From assembly GCA_051942205.1 (NCBI GenBank), contig JAVECO010000066.1:1-64000 (forward strand): a DNA stretch of 64,000 bases, in the 5' to 3' direction. Made by a program: the position numbers and the translations under genes. The DNA is from Coniocarpon cinnabarinum (Eukaryota). A model generated the notes under the pieces. It did not search any database, was not told the origin of the DNA, and saw nothing but the letters and a program-made list of their open reading frames with translations. Within the stretch, counting starts at the first letter, position 1, and every line of letters begins with the position of its first letter. Shown here in pieces: positions 34,377-47,251 of this stretch.

Positions 34377-34967
34377 GGCTCGTGTACGGATGGCGGGTCG
34401 ATCGCGGAGTGGTAGTGAGTTGACATGTTGGCGACAAGGAACGGATCCGACGTAGGTTACGGAAATGCTCTTCTCGAAGGTACCATCGCCGCCTTGGTAA
34501 TCCCAGGCGAGTGGCGTACATTGCAGTGAAACACCCTGCCCTAGTATGGGAGCCCACAGTCCAACTTCGGACTGCCGTCCCAAGTACTCGCTCAAGAACT
34601 CGCGTAGAGCGCAGTGATAGAACAAATGGATGGTTAGTACTGCGAAATGGAGATCTGCGCAGACCAACCACGTCCGAAGCAGGAGATTGCTCAATAGTTG
34701 ACCTACAACAGCTCTCGTCCATCTCTGTGGCAAGTCTTGTTCAACTCGATAGAACAGCGACTACGGCAACGACGACTGTTTGATCCATGAACAATCATAA
34801 AGAACTATACGACCTGAAGAAGACCGTCTGACCCGCAGACAACATGGCTTGCACCAACCGAAGCCCTTCTTGTATCCTCCTTCATCTATGCATGTACTCA
34901 TACACCCATCATTGCACCAATCCGCACGAGTAATCTTACACCACCAGAAACAATCCAAAAGCATGTG

Positions 34968-37900
34968 TCATCGCGCTTCCTGGACCCGTCTCGCTAGGTA
35001 ATATGCAATTAAGTTGAGCTGCGCCTCCCGGGCCCCCTTCAACAGGGACCAATATTCCTCCTTCTGCTCCTCTCCAAAATGCCCAAACATCTCGAGACAC
35101 AGTTCCGTATCGGCGCGTCGCACGTCGGGATTGCGGTCGTCCAAGAGACGCACGGCGAGCTGACCTAGTTGCTGCTTCTGTGATTGGCTCAGTGGGAGTG
35201 ATTTTTGCCGCGTTTCGATTTGCAGCTTGTTTAGCACGCTTAATGCCATTGTGACACAGTGTTCCCGCGGTGACGTCTGATTAGCACCGCCTGTGTTCAC
35301 GAAGTCTAGAACTGTGTCCAGAATGCAGCCGAGTTGATTGCCAGCATGCTTGAGCACCTCGCTTGCCGTTCGCTCTAGATCTGCCGCAAATTGGGGTGAA
35401 GTTTGAGGCATCTCTCGAGTTGCCAGTGTCGCACGCACTACGTTAGCGAACTGCTGTCGTATTTGCGTGGCACCTTTGTGAAGCGCAGCGACATTTCGAA
35501 TAACTGACAGAGCCTGTGATTTGAGGCTCATTGCCTTCGAACCGTTCACCTTTAGCATCTCAGGCGTTGCTTCAATATAGCCCGTCAAAACGAGCAGAAG
35601 ATCCGACATAAGCCGAGCCGAGTCGTGGCAAGGGAGCTTAATGAGATCTTGGAGCCTGCGGAAGCCGTGAGCATCTAGCGTTTTCGCACGGAGACGCTCG
35701 ATGCCACTAGACAGAATTCGACGATTCTTCGCGATCTCTGCGCGATCCTGATGTGACTCATCCATCAACGAAACGTTTCCGTTCTTGGTTGGCGAATTCG
35801 AGCGAATGTCGTCAGCTGTATTTCGAGAACCGTCTTCGTTCTCATTGGTCGCAGATACCTCTGGCAGACTTTGCTCATTTACAGTAAGCTCTTGAAGTAC
35901 GGCTTGCGGAGCCTCGTGTTCTACAACGCGGTCTTCGATGTCTGCGTGGGCATCTTCATGAACCTCGATCTCGTCCTTGCGATGCATGTCGCCATCGTCT
36001 TGGCCAGAAGTATGATCTCTACCTTCGGATTGTGTAGGTTGGTTTGGTAGAGTCTGAGCTGGCTTGATTGTTGATACCTCTTCAGGCCCGAGTTCGTTAT
36101 TCATCTGGACATTTTGGATTTCGTTGCTGCCAAGATCTGGAGGCATCACCAATGTGAAGTTATCTTCGTCAGCAATCATGGGCGCGTTTACATCGTTTAC
36201 ATCGGGCTTGCTATGCTCGTTAGGACTTTGTAACATTCCATGCGACCTTGGCGTTGGTCGGCCCTGAATCGTTTCATTGACGCCTGGTGCCACCGCGGTT
36301 GGCCAGTGACCTGGTGAGGGGCTGGGAATCTTTGCTGCAGTCTGAGGTCTGGGCGTCGATGCTTGCAACGAGTTCGCGCCATGTATTGTTCTTGGACGTT
36401 GCTTCACTGGACTCACGCGTGGACTTGCTACTCGTGACGATGTATCGGTGCCGCTTGTTCCGGGTCTGCTTGACGGGTGAGCTTTCTTTTGCATGAGAGT
36501 GGAGCTAATCGCTGATGATTTGGAGGCGGACATGCCCGGACTGGTTTCTGACTCGCGAGAAGGCGGGCTTTCGGCTCTTAGCAGCTGGCGGTTGGCATAG
36601 GGGTCCGCTGTAGCAGGTCGAGGCACTTCTGGACGTTTCGGGCGTCGGACAGGACCAGACATCAGCGAGCCATGACTGACGCCCGAGGAGGTTGTCCCAA
36701 TGGGTCGAGAAGAGGGTCCATGAGCAGAAGCAGAAACTTGCGCGCGACTCGTTGGATTGACGGTGCCGGCGGGCGCTCTCGTTGCGGGTCTGGTAGCTTC
36801 TTTGGCTGGTGATAGATTTGCCATAGCAGAGTTTGGTCGATCTGGCATACGTTTAGCAGCTAGTGCTGCTTTTTTCTGCGCCGCGATGGTATCTTTGAGT
36901 GTAAGGCGCGCATTCGATGCAGCTACTCTGGGATTTGCAGCGCCCGGGCCAACGCTGCTTGTGAATGACGATTGTGCGCTGTTGGGATTGGCGGAGTCTT
37001 TCTCCAACAGTTGACGAGACTTCGCATCTAATGTGTTCATGATGGCCTCGCCTCTCTCATGCCAGATCTGCTCGAATGCCCAGAACGCACCTCTCATCGT
37101 CTCACGAACTTTAGGGTTCGCGTCGGACAAACCTTTCTTGATTGACTTTTCCACAAGTTCTAAGCCTCCGCTGTGTTCAAATTGGATACGATTGTGCGTC
37201 TGCCTTCGCATGAGTGTCTTCAGCCAGCCAGCGGCAAAAGTTCTTGGCTGCGAATTCTTGTCTTGTACCGCCTGCCAGACGTGTTGTACTAATCTCACGT
37301 TATAGCTAACATTGCTTAGTAGCACTTCGACAGTGGAATTCCCATTCTGCGCTGCAATGTTCTTCGTGGCCGAGCACAGCTTCATCATATTCTGCATCAA
37401 AAGCTCTACCATTGGGTCAATAGCTGGGCCCAGAGTCCGGGCAAGCTCCTGCACAAGTTGACAACCGTTAGAGGACATTGTCGTGCGGAGACTGTTGACG
37501 ACTTTCAAAAGGCCATCAAGCATATGTCTGATGTGTCCAGTAAAAGCTTGATTGTAATCTTCGGGCGTATTTCCTTTCAGATACCTTCTTAGCTTGAGCA
37601 CACTGTTGTCTCTTTGCATCCAGTTGCCCTCTGTTTCCCTTCCCTCAAAGAAGGGCTGCATAGTGCGAAAGACCTCGTCGAGTTCGCGTTGGGAGCTGAT
37701 ATATAGTGGTTCAATGTGTGTGACTTCCTGCGAGGGAGGCAGCGCCACCTCTTTAGAATCAGGGACAGGCTCTTGATAGGGTGTCTCTGGTCGCGCGGGG
37801 GCGTGCGTGGTAGCTGTGGAGGAAGATAGTTCTTGCGGTGCGGAAATATGAAGCTGAGAGAGAATATGGGCAGCAATGGACTTGCGAACGCCTTTGGCGA

Positions 37901-38632
37901 TCAACTGACGTGTCAAATCGGCCTTTGCGCGATCAGACGCATTTCTACAAACTATTAGTGAATGCTACAATGTCGCGAGAGGTGGGGAGCGTTCTTTGCG
38001 TACCGGAAAAGATCGATTAAGGTGAGTTTCGCACGTTCTCGTATGGTACCATCTGCATGGTTAAGACAGTCGACAAGTGGAGGCACAAAGCTTTTAAAGG
38101 GCAAGGACTCCTCAGTATGCATCTGCAAGCGGTCAGCATTGATTCATGACCGAAGGACACTGTATGCGCTTGCCTTGACCACCCATTGCATGCCTATATC
38201 TTTCATGCGAACATTGCTGCCCAGTATGGCACTTTCTCGTATCGTCTTCTCCACCTCGGCGGGCCGAGCAGGCCATAGGTCGACGAGGCACTGAGAAGCA
38301 GCAGATCGATGATTCTCCTTTGGGTCACCCAGGCGATCGAGCAGCGCACCAAGAACGTTAATTCGAGGGGAGAAAATGGCATGAACTTGATCCTGCAATG
38401 TTAAACGTTTGATGAGGTGGCTTAGTGTCGAGAAGCCTGTCGTGACAAGTGTGGATGAGGTCTGAGAGGCAATAGCGATACGAACACATTCTATAGTGGG
38501 CTGTTGCGCGCTTTCAGGAACTCTTTGGTGCTTGATGTTAGATTTGAGGCTGTTGAAGAGGGTGAGTTTGGAATCTAGGGGGAGAGAAGGCTTTTTGAGA
38601 GATGCCAGCAGGTTTTGCGCGAGTTCGTCCAT
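34968..38632 (-). CDS. STU1: CLASP-family microtubule-associated protein Stu1
   Basis: TOG/CLASP_N motifs LLDRLGDPKE, FEGRETEGNWMQRD, SLRTTMSSNGCQLVQELA and GLSDANPKVRETMR; ends QLNLIAYYLAR. The first intron is GC-AG. Confidence 0.92.
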
Positions 38633-39403
38633 ACTTGCAGACGCGCGAGCTCGGCCAAAGCAAGAGAAATGATCTTGTCAAGGTCGCGCAGACGATTTTA
38701 GGTAGGCTACAGGCGTTTGTTTACCGAGACAGTGGAGTAGACACAACGGCTAAGACGAGCTTTGGTGGCCTAGAAACTCAGGCAAGACTGTCGGCCTTTC
38801 TTACACGCAAGGGTCAGAATCAGGGACAAAAGTCGTTGCCGGATCTTAGTCTGAGCGACGAGTCACAAAGTCATAAGCACAATGGCAAAAACCCTTTGCA
38901 ACTCACAAAATGCTAAATCAATTTGCGGCAAGTACTTTCCTACCAGACCCTGGACGCCTTCCGCGCTGCCAATGCCTTCTCTACTCACTATCAATCGAAT
39001 CCACTTCTCAATAGAGCTCGCGCGTGCGTCGGCCGCTAGCACTGCACCAGTCACACTCGGTTTGTGATGCGCCTTCATCGTCTGTATACTTATGAATGCT
39101 GGAAATCGTAGGAGGTTTTGACTGACCTACCACGAATGCAACTACGTGTTCAGGTCAGCGGACCAGCGAGCTTACATCTTTTCAGAGTCCACTGACTATG
39201 GTTGTCGGCATGTGCGACACGTCTTCATGTGGCGGTCGTGACAAGAAGCACACTTTGTCATCCATCAGCATGGCAGCCTTTTCCGCAATTTAAACAGTGA
39301 GACCGACTGTACGCCCACATCCCCAACAGTCTCTTTTGACACCCCTCTGTAGTTCAGGTGTCAGCGAACACTCAGTGACACGTCTGGGCGCCACACGGAA
39401 TTA

Positions 39404-41038
39404 TTAGCCCCACATCTGTGTCCTGCTGTTAGCGTAGCTGTGCGGACAGGATATAATTCTTCTATTGTGGCTCACCCCTCCGGAACCGCTTCCATTCATC
39501 TCTTCCGAAACCAGGCACGATTCGATGCACAGTCCGAGGAAAACTCGAGGTGTCTCGGCCGGTTGCCTCTCGCTTTGTATGCGGTCAAAAGCTCTGACAG
39601 CATTTCTCACCTCGTTATTTCTGGTCTCTGTCGCGCTCATAGGCCAGCAAGCCTCATCCCACCATCTAAAATGCGCGCCATTAGCATGTCAATGATAAGT
39701 ATGCTTTCCTTTTAGTGTCTCTGCAAAAATCATAAGTGCACTTTGCGCGTATTAGACAAGGGCACGTGCAGGCGCATCAGTCGACTGCCCTCGTTAATCC
39801 AAGTGGTGAGAATCCCGCAATATGGCAGCATGATCTCCAAAGAAAACAAGGCAAAAAACGCCGCAGGTCGTGTGAAGGTCATACGCTTACTTTAAGCATC
39901 TCTCGCACCATCGACCTGTCATGCATGCCGAACAACGGGCCAAAAAAGGAGGGTAGCTCGGTGCCCCGTTGAGTAAATGTGGTCGTTGTGCGTCTCGAAC
40001 TGAAGAAGAGTGTAATGGTGGGGGATCAAGAAGCGGTAGGTGCTTTTCTGGGGAAACGCCATATCGGGCCGGGCTTTCCAAGGTTTTCTTGCAGGTCGCA
40101 CATCCCCCTGGTCCCAGTGCGATGTCTGCTATCGCAGGAGGCAGTAATGAATCTGCTGAAGGGGCCACCCCAGGTGTGCCTGCAAGAACAGCGTCAAGGT
40201 CGTGGCGGGGACCTCTACAAAGTACAGCATCAAAGGCAATCGTTCCTTCGCAGAATCTGAGCGTTTCAGCCCACTCCGACAGCTCGGGCGAGGAATTTAT
40301 TATGCGCCCCGCGGGCTGATACCAACGATCTTCGCAAGCTGAAAAAGAGAACGCATGCAAAATATCTTGGGTCTTCCAGTTCCAAGGCGCACCGATTTGA
40401 GCTCCCGGTGCTGCAGTGACGCCGGCGTTGTCCCAAGATGTCGTGTATGATGGTGATTTTGAGGTTGTCTTTGTGGGTTTGGGCCCAAACACGTAAAGGC
40501 CTTTCAATCGCGGCGTGCCCTGGGGTCGTGTCGGACGAACGGCATATTTGAGCGTAGCCATTAGCTTGCGGTGATTCAAGTGCTGGGCCTCTCTAATGGA
40601 CAAGATGCGGACGTTCGTGTCTGCGATGATCTCTTGAACAAGGTCTGCGGGAACCGCTAGGCCATCTAGAACGAGCGTGTGAATACATTGTAGTGCGTGT
40701 CGGCGCCTCAGCTGGGAAAAGATGCCTCTTAGCGGGCCACAATACACGTCGTCCTCAGTAAGAGACTCGTCCATGCGCTGACTTCGCCAATTGACGCCAC
40801 CACGGTCGACGAGCATATTTGGTACCTGCGCGCCTCTGCATCGCGAGAGATCGGTGTAGCGAAAATGCTCGGGGGAGTGGCGCAAAAGATCTCTATAGGC
40901 GGTATTGACGCTAGCTAGAGCAAGTCTCGACGCTACAGGCAGATATGGCGAGATTTGATGTAGTACGATGGAATTGGTAAGCAGGTCAAGGAGACAGGTA
41001 GGTGATGCGGAGGGCTCCCCCACTGGACAGGGCCGCAT
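39404..41038 (-). CDS. Conserved fungal protein with an F-box-like N-terminus and Cys-rich C-terminus
   Basis: LLDLLTNSIVLHQISPYLPV...LALAS, RSQRMDESLTEDDVYCGPLRGIF, TLVLDGLAVPADLV and RWCERCLK | WWDEAC; intron 39666-39890. The start codon is uncertain. Confidence 0.7.
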
Positions 41039-42145
41039 CGTACAGAGCAGGGCCGTCAGTTTACGGAGTTTCGACCAGAGGTCTCGCAGCGCCAAAAAGT
41101 ATTTCAGATCACGACAGCAGCCCACGTTTACAAAACCGCACAGACGGGAGTGTGTCGACAGTGGACGACTTGCGACTCTTAATGCACGCCGAGGTCACCT
41201 GCATTGACTCATTGGAAGGATCAATCAAGGTAAGTGACGATCAGATCTGGCCGCTGGTGTGCGTCAGAGGTCCGGGCCCAGAAATCGTGGCGCAAATACT
41301 ACAGCACAAATGCTAATTCATTTTCTTGCAATGCTAAGACTTTGGTCAGATATGATCATTCTAGAGCTGACTTGCTTGAGTCCATACCAGGTGTGCTCCT
41401 ACTCGAATGATTTGACTGTGGAATGTTTCGGCGACCTCAGCTTGGTCGTAGAGGGTTGAGGCTAGTCACGTGCGGCCACTGGAAATGGGGGGCGTGGGGC
41501 GGCGCCCTGGCAGCAGGAGGCAGCAAGACATGCAGACTTGATGCACGAACCCTCCAAACTCGAGGGGCACCATCTGCGCGTGCCGAACCGGACTGACGCG
41601 CGCTCAATGGACCGCTGCAGACAAGGGACCACGGACTTGAGAGCTGGCTGCTGTGAGATTGCGGCTCCTGTCGAGGAGAAAGTGAGGGCAGAGCCCAGCG
41701 TGCCCCGGTGCCAGACAGTTTATGTAGGGGGGAAGGAGCGCTCAGACTCTAGCAGACACTAAGGCGTTGGTCCGCCTATCACACAACAACCTGAGACTGA
41801 CACTCCAACTTCACCTTCACTCACTGCTGCGGCGCGACCTCGTCTCTTCCACCTCCCCCCAACCTCCCCGTCCCTCCATCCATCTGCCTCCGGGCGCTGC
41901 CTCACTCGTTGTTTCTCTGCGCCCGTCGCGGTCGCGCTGTGCCTTCCGCCCGCCCTCGTCTTGCCGTCGTTCGTTTGGGGCTCCGCGTCCCGGTCTGGCC
42001 TAGCCCGCCAATGCATCATTTCTAAGCATTCTTACCTCCCCACCAGCCTCCTCATCATCATCCAGGTCTGTCCTTTGCCACCGCTTGACGGTGCGCGACT
42101 ATCTTTATAGGAGCGTGTGGTGTTCTGGGCTCGGCGACCGCAGCC

Positions 42146-45100
42146 ATGGAGACGGCCCTGGAGTCCCCAGGGCCCGTGCCTGACACGCCCACGGACGCCG
42201 ACGATGGCTTGTATCCGTGCAAGGGCTGCGGTGAAATCTTGGAGGAGGGTAAAGCATTTGAATTAGGTACGCCCATGCACCTTCGGCCTTGACGGATTTA
42301 GTTCCAAGGCGAGAGACGGATACTGACGGCTTCCCCCCCCCCGCAGCTGGCAACCGATGGCACATTGACTGCTTCCGTTGCAACACCTGTGGCACGCTTC
42401 TCGACTCCGACGCCAACCTGCTCCTCCTCGGTGACGGCTCTCTCATCTGCAACAACTGTACCTACAGCTGCAGCGCCTGTGGCAACAAAATCGAGGATCT
42501 CGCCATTCTCACGGGGCAGGAGGCCTTCTGTGCCCAGTGTTTCAAGTGCCGAAATTGCAAGAAGAAGATTGAAAATTTGCGATACGCCCGCACCTCGCAA
42601 GGCATCTTCTGCATGCAGTGCCACGAATCGCTCATGGCTCGTAGACGTAAGAAATCAAGAGCCTCTGGCCGAGCCCCGTCAGCAAACTCGGCCAACTCCA
42701 ATCCCACCGTCCTTGACAAATCCTTGCCCGCTCTTCCTCCGGGCGCCGTACCTGCTGGGGCTCTTGCAGAGGCCAGCAACTCTCCTGCCAGCTTCAATTC
42801 AGAAACGCCCACAGAACGCTCTCCGGCAATGCGCCAACCCGTGTCAATGAAGAGTTCCGATTTGCGAAAGGAAACCTCTGCCATGGGTTTTGACAAGCTC
42901 GACGACTTCAAAGGTACGTCGACGCATCCCCATAGTTCAACAATGGCCTCCCTCAAACTAACAGTCTCTAGAAAACCTTGGGTTTACAGACGACCGCAGT
43001 GGATCACACCGACTTTCTCACATGTCGTTGCATAGCAACGGCTCCCAAGGTGATGACGACAACTATATTCCAGTAACCCTCGACACGAGGCCCCGCCCTC
43101 CCCCACCTTTTCGCACTGCGAGCAACGAAAATAGGCCACACCAGCAACCTGTCTCCAACGGCTCTCGTGAACGTGAACGCGAACGCGCGCGCGACTTTGG
43201 AGACCTTGTCGCCGGCTCAGCACCTCGCTCTGGATCTATGGAAAGAGGCCAAGTCAGCCCTCATATCATGCAGCAGGCAATGACCCGGCAGCCTTCAACA
43301 GATAGAACGACTGGTCTCCGTCGGCGTAACGGGTCCATCAAAGTCGGCTCGCCCAACCTCAACGACTCAAACTCCAATTCGCCTGCGGAACGGAAGCCGG
43401 CCTCCCCCTCGTCAGCAGACACGTCAGAAGAGCAGTTCATACTTCACGACGTGCCAAATAAGGCGCGGAGGCGCTCTTCAGGCTCCAAGCGTGGCTCAAA
43501 AGCGTCTAATGGACACGCCACATCTCCAAACATGACTCTTGCCGGTCAGACGGAAGGCAGCGCTGTCCGCCAGCAGGAGACATTCTTCGAGTCTCCAGCA
43601 CCGTCACTGCCATCTCGGAATGTTTCAGCGCGACGACGATCCCCACTCTCCCGAGCTCCCTCCGGCCCTACTCAAGACACACTATTGAGAGAACGACCTC
43701 AACGCACGGATTCTCTCGAGAGGTCTCAGAAGCCTGTCCCGAACCAAGCAATACCCCGCAAACAGCTGCCTAGGGCAGAGACCGCCAACGCCGGGCAAAC
43801 ACAAGCTGCAGAGGCATACCCACCGGAACCCAGTGCTCACGAGCCGAAGGGCGCACCGGCTACTGCTGGCAAGACGTTAAATGATGATACATTCGAACCG
43901 CCTCCACGAAGTTCAAGTCGACCAACGCCGACTGCGGGTCTGTCTTCTGCTGCGATGGATGCGCGAGCCGGGGCTCACCATGACTTCACCTCACCTCGAG
44001 AAGCGCCTCAGCCGCCACCCAATAAGCACAAACCCAACGAGTCTGTCAGCAGTATTCAGAGCGAGACCTTCATTGTACGGGATACGGGGACACCAATCAG
44101 TCACGGCCCTACATACTTCATCGACGCCGGCGCTGAGGATGAGTTCGGCCGCATGGGTCCTGAAGATGGCATGGATCATGGCATGTTTCGTAAGGTGTCC
44201 AAGGTCATGCGCCATGGTCGCAGCTATAGCGATAAAGCAGGCTCCTCAGGATCACCGAGATTTCCTAAGAGCTCTCGAAACGGTTCAATCGACATCTCGA
44301 GCCCGATGATTGGGTCCAATGAAAACAACGACGATAGTGTACAGCTGCGGAACAAACTGCGCCACTCGCAACAGCGTATTATGGAGTTGGAGTCAGAGAA
44401 GAATGCCTTGCAAGAACAGGTCAACGGTGCCGAGAATATCCGCCAGGTCAACACCGAGTTACGGGAAAAGAGATCCACGATGACGTTCCTAGACACTCAA
44501 CGCGAGATGATCATGCGTGAACTGGAAACGATGACAGACCAGCTAGCCAAAGCCAAGGATGCAAAAGGACCAGTCAACATCGACGCCATTAAGAATGACG
44601 CCCTTCGAGATTTTGCGAGCCAGCTGCAAAGGCTGAAAGAGAGCCTCTCAGGCCAGATTGAGTCCCTCATGGAGCAGAAGAACAAGCTCACGGACGAGAT
44701 CACGAATCTCATCCAAATGAAGGAGAAGGGAAACCAAGAGTATGAGTCGGTGCAGTCCAAGAATCAGCAGCTACGCGAGCACAATGCCCAGCTGGTCGCG
44801 AGTATTCAAGAGATGTATCGCAATCAAAAGCAGCCACCTGGAAACGGTCTTGGTATCTCCACCGTCCCCGCGACAGGGATATACAACCCCAACGTCACCG
44901 ACAAACAGGGTCTCGCCACCAGCCTGGCTGACGATTCCACTTCAGACTTGAAGACGAGCCTTGGCCTTGACCGCAGCAACAACGTCTCCCAAATCTCTGG
45001 TGAGACAGCAATATCTGGAGAGCCTGCGCGATATGTTGTTGAGGGACCGCGGGTCGTTGACATGCGCAAGGGTCAGCCGAAGAAGTTCTCATGGAAGAAG

Positions 45101-46052
45101 GGCTCCGAGAACATGGCTAAGAACGTCAAGAAGGGCTTCAAGGGCGCTTTTGCTTCGGCACAGGCACCCCCAACGCTGCGGGAGGAGTCGTTCTCAGAGC
45201 CAGTGCCGTATGGCCAGTTGCAAGCTGGGGATGCACCCACAATGGGCGAGCGACCTGTCGGCCAGCGCAATGGGATAGAGGCGAATCGCAATCCCAGCGC
45301 TCAAGCCTGGGGCTTTCTCGGCCAAAAGGGTCCCAACACCAGCGCACCGCGCTCCACCTCTTCTAGCACAATGAACCAGGGCGCGCCTCCCCATGAGCTC
45401 TTCGGCTCCGATTTGTCCGCTCGCTGCGAGCACGAAGGCCGTGTCATTCCCACCATCATCACGCGCTGTATTGAAGAAGTCGAGCTGCGAGGCATGGATG
45501 TTGAAGGCATTTACCGCAAATCGGGCTCGTACTCCCAAATCAAACTCGTCAACGCGGGTTTCGAGAAAGAGACGAAGTTTGACATCAGCGATGAAGATCT
45601 AGATATTCACGCGGTGACGAGCGTCATGAAGCAGTATTTGCGCAAGTTGCCGATGCCGCTCATCACATATGAGGCGTATGATCACTTGATCGGCGCTGCT
45701 GAAGCTGTGCCCGAACGCGGTGAAGGGGTCCTGGTGGAGGGATGTAGCAAGGGCATCAGCGTTCTGCCCGAGCATCACAAGAACACTCTGGAACTGCTGA
45801 TTGGACATCTGGCTCGTGTCATTGAGCGAGAGCGGGAGAACAAGGTACGTTTCCAAACTCGCGTTTCGAATTGATTTGAAGATGATGCTGACGATTATCG
45901 CTGCACAGATGTCACCCTCCAACATCGCCGTGGTCTTCGCGCCCACTATTATGCGTCCCCAATCAGTCGACCGCGAGATGGCGGACATGGAGAATCAGCG
46001 CAAGGCGGTGCAATGCCTCTTGCAGAACTATCGCACCATCTTTAGCAGCTGA
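42146..46052 (+). CDS. RGA2: LIM-domain Rho GTPase-activating protein (Rga1/Rga2-like), 4 exons
   Basis: CKGCGEILEEGKAFEL|AGNRWHIDCFRC with two LIM domains, a coiled coil, and RhoGAP motifs GMDVEGIYRKSG, KQYLRKLPMPL and MSPSNIAVVFAPT. Confidence 0.92.
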
Positions 46053-46530
46053 TCAGTCATATCCTTGGAATCACTATACTCTTCCTCCTATCGGCCGGAA
46101 GCCTGGATTGTACAAGTACGCCACTGCATTCCCATCCTGGTTGAGAAACATAAAATCCAAATCGTATTCTTTCTGCCATCCACTTGTTTGACGACTTTAC
46201 TTCGTTCCATGATTACGCCATTGTACGAGGGGAGAGCCGAGATTAATGGCGGATGTTTGACGTTACTTCGATTCTTTTTTGCTTTACTCCTTTTTCCTGT
46301 TTGTTTGAGATATCCATGGTTGAACGCGTCTGCGTGGACGTCTTGGACATGGCGATGGTTTTTGTCACACTGTTCAAGATGGTCACGTGAGAGATGGTGG
46401 ATGGAGCGTGGAGGGTGGGAGAGCATGGGAGAGGGTGGATGAAGAGTGGCTGAGGATACGGTCCGAAAAGGGTGCTGGTGACGAATGGAGGGGAATTGTA
46501 GACGCTGATGTTCGTTGCTACAGAGGCACA

Positions 46531-46580
46531 GTAGAGTTAGGGTAGAGGTAGAGTTAGGGTAGAAGTAGAGCAGAGGTAGA
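46531..46580. repeat. Degenerate purine-rich tandem repeat containing two TTAGGG units
   Basis: Read directly as gtagagttagggtagag gtagagttagggtagaa gtagagcagaggtaga. Confidence 0.75.
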
Positions 46581-47251
46581 TGTATGTGATTGATCCAACC
46601 ACGGGTGTTGAAGTAGAAGACAGCCGCACCAAGACGTGCTTCTTGACGTGCCATGTCGTCGCCTTGTCCTTCTCCCGAAGACGTTGCTCAATCTGACCCA
46701 CGCTGCAGACGCAAAGAAATTCACCACTGCTGAAGAGCGAAGACACGCGGACTCGCGGCTGTGCATGTCCTTCGTACTCCCTATGGCATTTTCGACATTA
46801 GCACGACGTCGAGGGCTATAGAAAGAACTTGCCACACTAGGATCCGGCATCTCATGATTCGCCAGCTCAGGGAGTGCACAGGGCTTTCGCTACGGTCATC
46901 GATTCAAATTGTATGGCTCGCTACAGACTATGTTCAACAACGACGTTTGTCCGTGACCAGTGAGGGAGGGGAAACTTGGGCGTGACTGATTCACAGTTTG
47001 TTTGACGACCGGATGATGTTTGAAACTGTGTAGGAGATGCAGATACAGACGTTGCCGTTGACGGCGTGAAGAAAGTTGTGGAGTTTTTTTGATTTTCGGT
47101 TATTAATACATAGACTCGCGTCCGCGAAGGAAGTCCTAGGAGTGTCGGCAGCGACTCGTACACAATTCACCTCACTCTCGCAAAGGCTCAGATCGAACGG
47201 ACAGGAATCCGCCCATATTCGTTTCTGCGACGGCGAAAACTTCAGTCCGCT

